From: an uncultured Rhabdochlamydiaceae bacterium
GTDB taxonomy: Bacteria > Chlamydiota > Chlamydiia > Chlamydiales > Rhabdochlamydiaceae
Reading direction: 5' to 3'
Assembly (NCBI GenBank): GCA_963712275.1
Contig: CAVQHD010000001.1
Location: 1,472,001 to 1,536,000, forward strand
Length of the DNA stretch: 64,000 nucleotides
The notes beneath the pieces were generated by a model, which was not told the origin of the DNA, made no database searches, and worked only from the letters and a program-made list of their open reading frames with translations. This document shows, piece by piece, positions 60,911 through 64,000 of this stretch. The position numbers were made by a program, and so were the translations under genes. Position 1 is the stretch's first letter. Every line of letters starts with the position of its first letter.

Positions 60911-61417
60911 CTAATTCGGTAAGAGTCTCTTCGCCCTTCGAGCTTCCGCCTCTGTTTTTCGGTGCTCGCGCCGGTCATTGGCCTCTTCAAATCGCCGTTT
61001 TTCAAGAGGTGTTTCTGGAGTGACGGGAGGAACTTCGGTCGGCTGCCGGTTTTCATCGAGCGCAATGAAGGTGAAGTAAGCCGATAAAATATGCCTTTTC
61101 TCGCCTGTGATATAATGCTCTGCAATGACTTTGACTCCAATTTCCATCGAGGTGCGCCAGGTGCGGTTGATGGCCGCGCTAAAGAGTAAAATATCTCCTT
61201 GACCTGCCGGTCTTAAAAAATGCATCGAGTCGACGGAGGCTGTCACGCAGGTTTTTTTACTATGCCGCTCAGCAACAACAAGAGCTGTTCGATCGCAAAT
61301 CGCCATGATCATCCCTCCAAAAGCAGTTCCATAAGAGTTTAAATCATTAGGAAAAACTTTATACGTATGGTTGTTCACAGCAGAATCTTGCACACGCCCA
61401 GGTTTCAGCTTTGTCAT
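60911..61417 (-). CDS. acyl-CoA thioesterase (hotdog fold)
   Basis: P.DLN.YGT.FGG, VTASVD...F, TSMEIG, FTFIALD. Confidence 0.9.
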   Translation of the reverse strand: MTKLKPGRVQDSAVNNHTYKVFPNDLNSYGTAFGGMIMAICDRTALVVAERHSKKTCVTASVDSMHFLRPAGQGDILLFSAAINRTWRTSMEIGVKVIAEHYITGEKRHILSAYFTFIALDENRQPTEVPPVTPETPLEKRRFEEANDRREHRKTEAEARRAKRLLPN

Positions 61418-61489
61418 AGAAACACCTTTTTGGTATAGTACATAGAAACTGGCTTTGCAAATACTCCCTAGTTTTTGAAGGCATACCAT

Positions 61490-63325
61490 ATGTGTGGAAT
61501 ATTCGGATACATTGGAACGGAAGAAAATTCGGCAGCGATCTGTTTAAAAGGGCTTGAACGGCTGGAATACCGCGGCTATGACTCAGCAGGTCTTTGCGGG
61601 ATTTACCAGGAAGAGCTTAAGTTTTGGAAAGAACCAGGCAAAATCCGGTTTTTAGAAGAAGCTTGGCAAAAAGAGCAGGTACCTCTCCGTTTGGCCATCG
61701 CCCACACCCGCTGGGCAACCCACGGAACCCCTACGCGAGAAAACGCACACCCCCATTTTGATGAGCATTTTCACGTTGCCGTCGTCCATAATGGAATCAT
61801 TGAAAACCACCGTCCTCTAAGAGAGATGCTTCAGGCTCAAGGCGTTCAATTCAAGTCCCAAACCGACACCGAAGTGATTGCGCAGCTCATTGCCTACTAT
61901 TATCAAGGAGATCTTGTAGCCGCCACCCAGCAAGCCCTTTCTCTGATGCAAGGGTTTTGGGGTATCGCTGTCATTCATAAAAATCATCCTCATCAAATAA
62001 TTGCAGCCGCCCGGGAAAACACGCTTGCAGTGGCTTATAACTCTGCCACTCAAGAGGCGTTTCTTTCCTCCGACCCCAACGCTTTTCACACGCCGGACCT
62101 TGATGTTCTCTTTCTTCAAAACAATGAACTTGCCGTCATCCAAGTAGATAAGGTGGAAGTATTTGATTCTGCGCGCATCCCCGTTGCAAAAACCGCTGAA
62201 AAATTCACCCTCGATCACTTTAACAGATCAAAAGGGGATTTTGAGCATTTCATGTTGAAAGAGATCTTTGAACAACCTGAAACTTTAAAGCAGGCATTGC
62301 ACAATCGATTCATTGAAGATTTTGGAACCGTGGAATTTGAAAATTTTCACCTTTCGCCGCAAGATCTCCAATCAATAGAGCGGATTCTGATTTTAGGATG
62401 CGGAACCTCTTGGCATGCAGGGCTCATCGCTGCTACCCTCTTGGAAGAAAAGGCCCGTATTCCCTGCCAAGTCGAAATTGCTTCTGAATTCCGGTATAAA
62501 AACCCCATTGTCTCTGATAATACCCTTGTCATTGCGCTGAGTCAATCCGGAGAGACACTTGACACCATCGCAGCTGTGCGTGAGGTCAAGCAAAAAGGGT
62601 CCAAAGTTCTTGCCATTTGCAATGTTCGAAATTCAACCCTCACCCGAGAGTCCGATGCGACCATTTTCCTTAGAGCTGGACCCGAAATCAGCGTCTGCTC
62701 TACCAAGGCCTTTACAAGTCAAATTACAGTCCTTTCGCTCCTCGCCATTCTCCTTGGAAGACAGCGGCACCTAAGTAAAGAGGAAGGGCAAAAGCTTTTG
62801 GGCGACTTGCGCACCCTTCCCTCCCTGATTGAAGAAGTGCTCACTTTAGGGCCTAAAATCCAGGAGTGCGCCCAAAAATATGCCCAGTATCCTACCTTCT
62901 TCTTTTTAGGGCGCCATTACATGTTCCCCACAAGTTTAGAGGCTGCTCTTAAACTCAAAGAGATTTCCTATCTTAACGCCTGCGCCTATCCGGCAGGTGA
63001 AATGAAGCACGGCCCGATCGCTCTTTTAAATGCAAACCTTCCCGTTATTGGCCTTTGCGGCAATGAACGGACTATAGAGAAAATAGCTAGCAATATGATG
63101 GAAGTCAAAGCCAGGGGTGCTCCTCTTCTTGCCTTTGCTTTTCCGCAATCTACTGATATTAAAGAGATTGCAGATGATATGATCCCTATTCCCAAATGTC
63201 CTGATTGGGTTGCCCCCATCCCTTTTTCTGTTGCCCTCCAGCTCTTTGCCTACTATACCGCCTGTGTTCAGAAGACCGATATCGATCAACCGCGCAACCT
63301 GGCCAAATCGGTAACTGTCGAGTAG
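61490..63325 (+). CDS. glmS: glutamine-fructose-6-phosphate transaminase
   Basis: MCGIFG, LEYRGYDSAG, HTRWATHG, SQSGET, PRNLAKSVTVE. Confidence 0.98.
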   Translation: MCGIFGYIGTEENSAAICLKGLERLEYRGYDSAGLCGIYQEELKFWKEPGKIRFLEEAWQKEQVPLRLAIAHTRWATHGTPTRENAHPHFDEHFHVAVVHNGIIENHRPLREMLQAQGVQFKSQTDTEVIAQLIAYYYQGDLVAATQQALSLMQGFWGIAVIHKNHPHQIIAAARENTLAVAYNSATQEAFLSSDPNAFHTPDLDVLFLQNNELAVIQVDKVEVFDSARIPVAKTAEKFTLDHFNRSKGDFEHFMLKEIFEQPETLKQALHNRFIEDFGTVEFENFHLSPQDLQSIERILILGCGTSWHAGLIAATLLEEKARIPCQVEIASEFRYKNPIVSDNTLVIALSQSGETLDTIAAVREVKQKGSKVLAICNVRNSTLTRESDATIFLRAGPEISVCSTKAFTSQITVLSLLAILLGRQRHLSKEEGQKLLGDLRTLPSLIEEVLTLGPKIQECAQKYAQYPTFFFLGRHYMFPTSLEAALKLKEISYLNACAYPAGEMKHGPIALLNANLPVIGLCGNERTIEKIASNMMEVKARGAPLLAFAFPQSTDIKEIADDMIPIPKCPDWVAPIPFSVALQLFAYYTACVQKTDIDQPRNLAKSVTVE

Positions 63326-63439
63326 GGGGGCTCCCTCAATAACCCATTGTAAATAAGCACGTTAAAAGTTCAATAATTTGTTTTACTATTTATTTAATAT
63401 CTGTTAAAATAATAATAAGAATTAATAAGGAGTCATAGA

Positions 63440-64000
63440 ATGACTACAGCAACAACTACTACTACAAATCCCAATTCGCCCCAATCTCGTCCTGATGGAC
63501 CTTTTGTTACGCTCCAAGAAATCCCCGAGCAGAAGCTCGAGCTTCCAATGAACGGGAAAACCTATCGAATCACCCGGTTACGACAGCGTAGGGGAGGAAA
63601 AACAGGAGAATGGGTAAATGTCGATCTTTCAAAATTGACGAATGCTGAAAAACTAAGTCTAGTGAATTCAGCGACTCGAACCGCGGCTCTTTTCGATCGG
63701 CTTAATCGCAGCCCAAAAGAACTTAAGCAAGCCCACAAATTGACCCTTCACTTCAACCAAGGGTATGAGATGCCCTCTTCTGTTCCACACTTTTTTGGAT
63801 TTGGCAAATATGCTCCGGGGCCCTCAAAGCTTCAAGGAATCACCTACAAATCGACACCTGATTCTCAAAAAAAGACCTTTAAGGTCGAACTTGAAAAATA
63901 CGATCTAGCCGACCAATCACAGATTCTTCAGATCACTGATCCTTTAACGCTCACAATAAACCAGTTTGCCTCTCAGCAATCTTCGGCTTCTTCCCTAAAA
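63440..64000 (+). CDS. hypothetical protein, runs off window end
   Basis: aaggag SD, then MTTATTTTTNPNSPQS...; frame appears open to the end of the window. Confidence 0.55.
   Translation, partial: MTTATTTTTNPNSPQSRPDGPFVTLQEIPEQKLELPMNGKTYRITRLRQRRGGKTGEWVNVDLSKLTNAEKLSLVNSATRTAALFDRLNRSPKELKQAHKLTLHFNQGYEMPSSVPHFFGFGKYAPGPSKLQGITYKSTPDSQKKTFKVELEKYDLADQSQILQITDPLTLTINQFASQQSSASSLK

Overview
A 64-kb chromosomal segment that looks like an environmental Chlamydiota (Parachlamydiales/Simkania/Rhabdochlamydia-like) genome. This is inferred from rnhC, a class I DhnA aldolase, adjacent hflX-phnP, gatCAB, a Pmp-like autotransporter and many effector-like ORFans. Housekeeping genes (malic enzyme, tpx, fbaB, ligA, mtaB, radC, hflX, rnhC, gatCAB, xerD, alr, glmS) alternate with accessory blocks. 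These blocks are: a three-gene type III PKS / membrane protein / UbiG-like O-methyltransferase operon; a divergent tandem array of four paralogous ORFans, three of them behind a conserved ~190-bp upstream module with IHF-like sites; two identical-looking 1575-bp DDE IS copies; an IS1341-type tnpB element inserted in the last codons of hflX; an IS607 element splitting a phosphoribosyltransferase gene; and a 10-kb island with zeta-like, AbiE-like and several toxin-less antitoxin modules. Several toxin or ATPase genes have been reduced to stubs by deletions, two of them at visible microhomologies. There are several long palindromic REP/MITE-like elements. I found no rRNA, tRNA or CRISPR array. 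All family calls come from motif recognition by eye, not from database searches.
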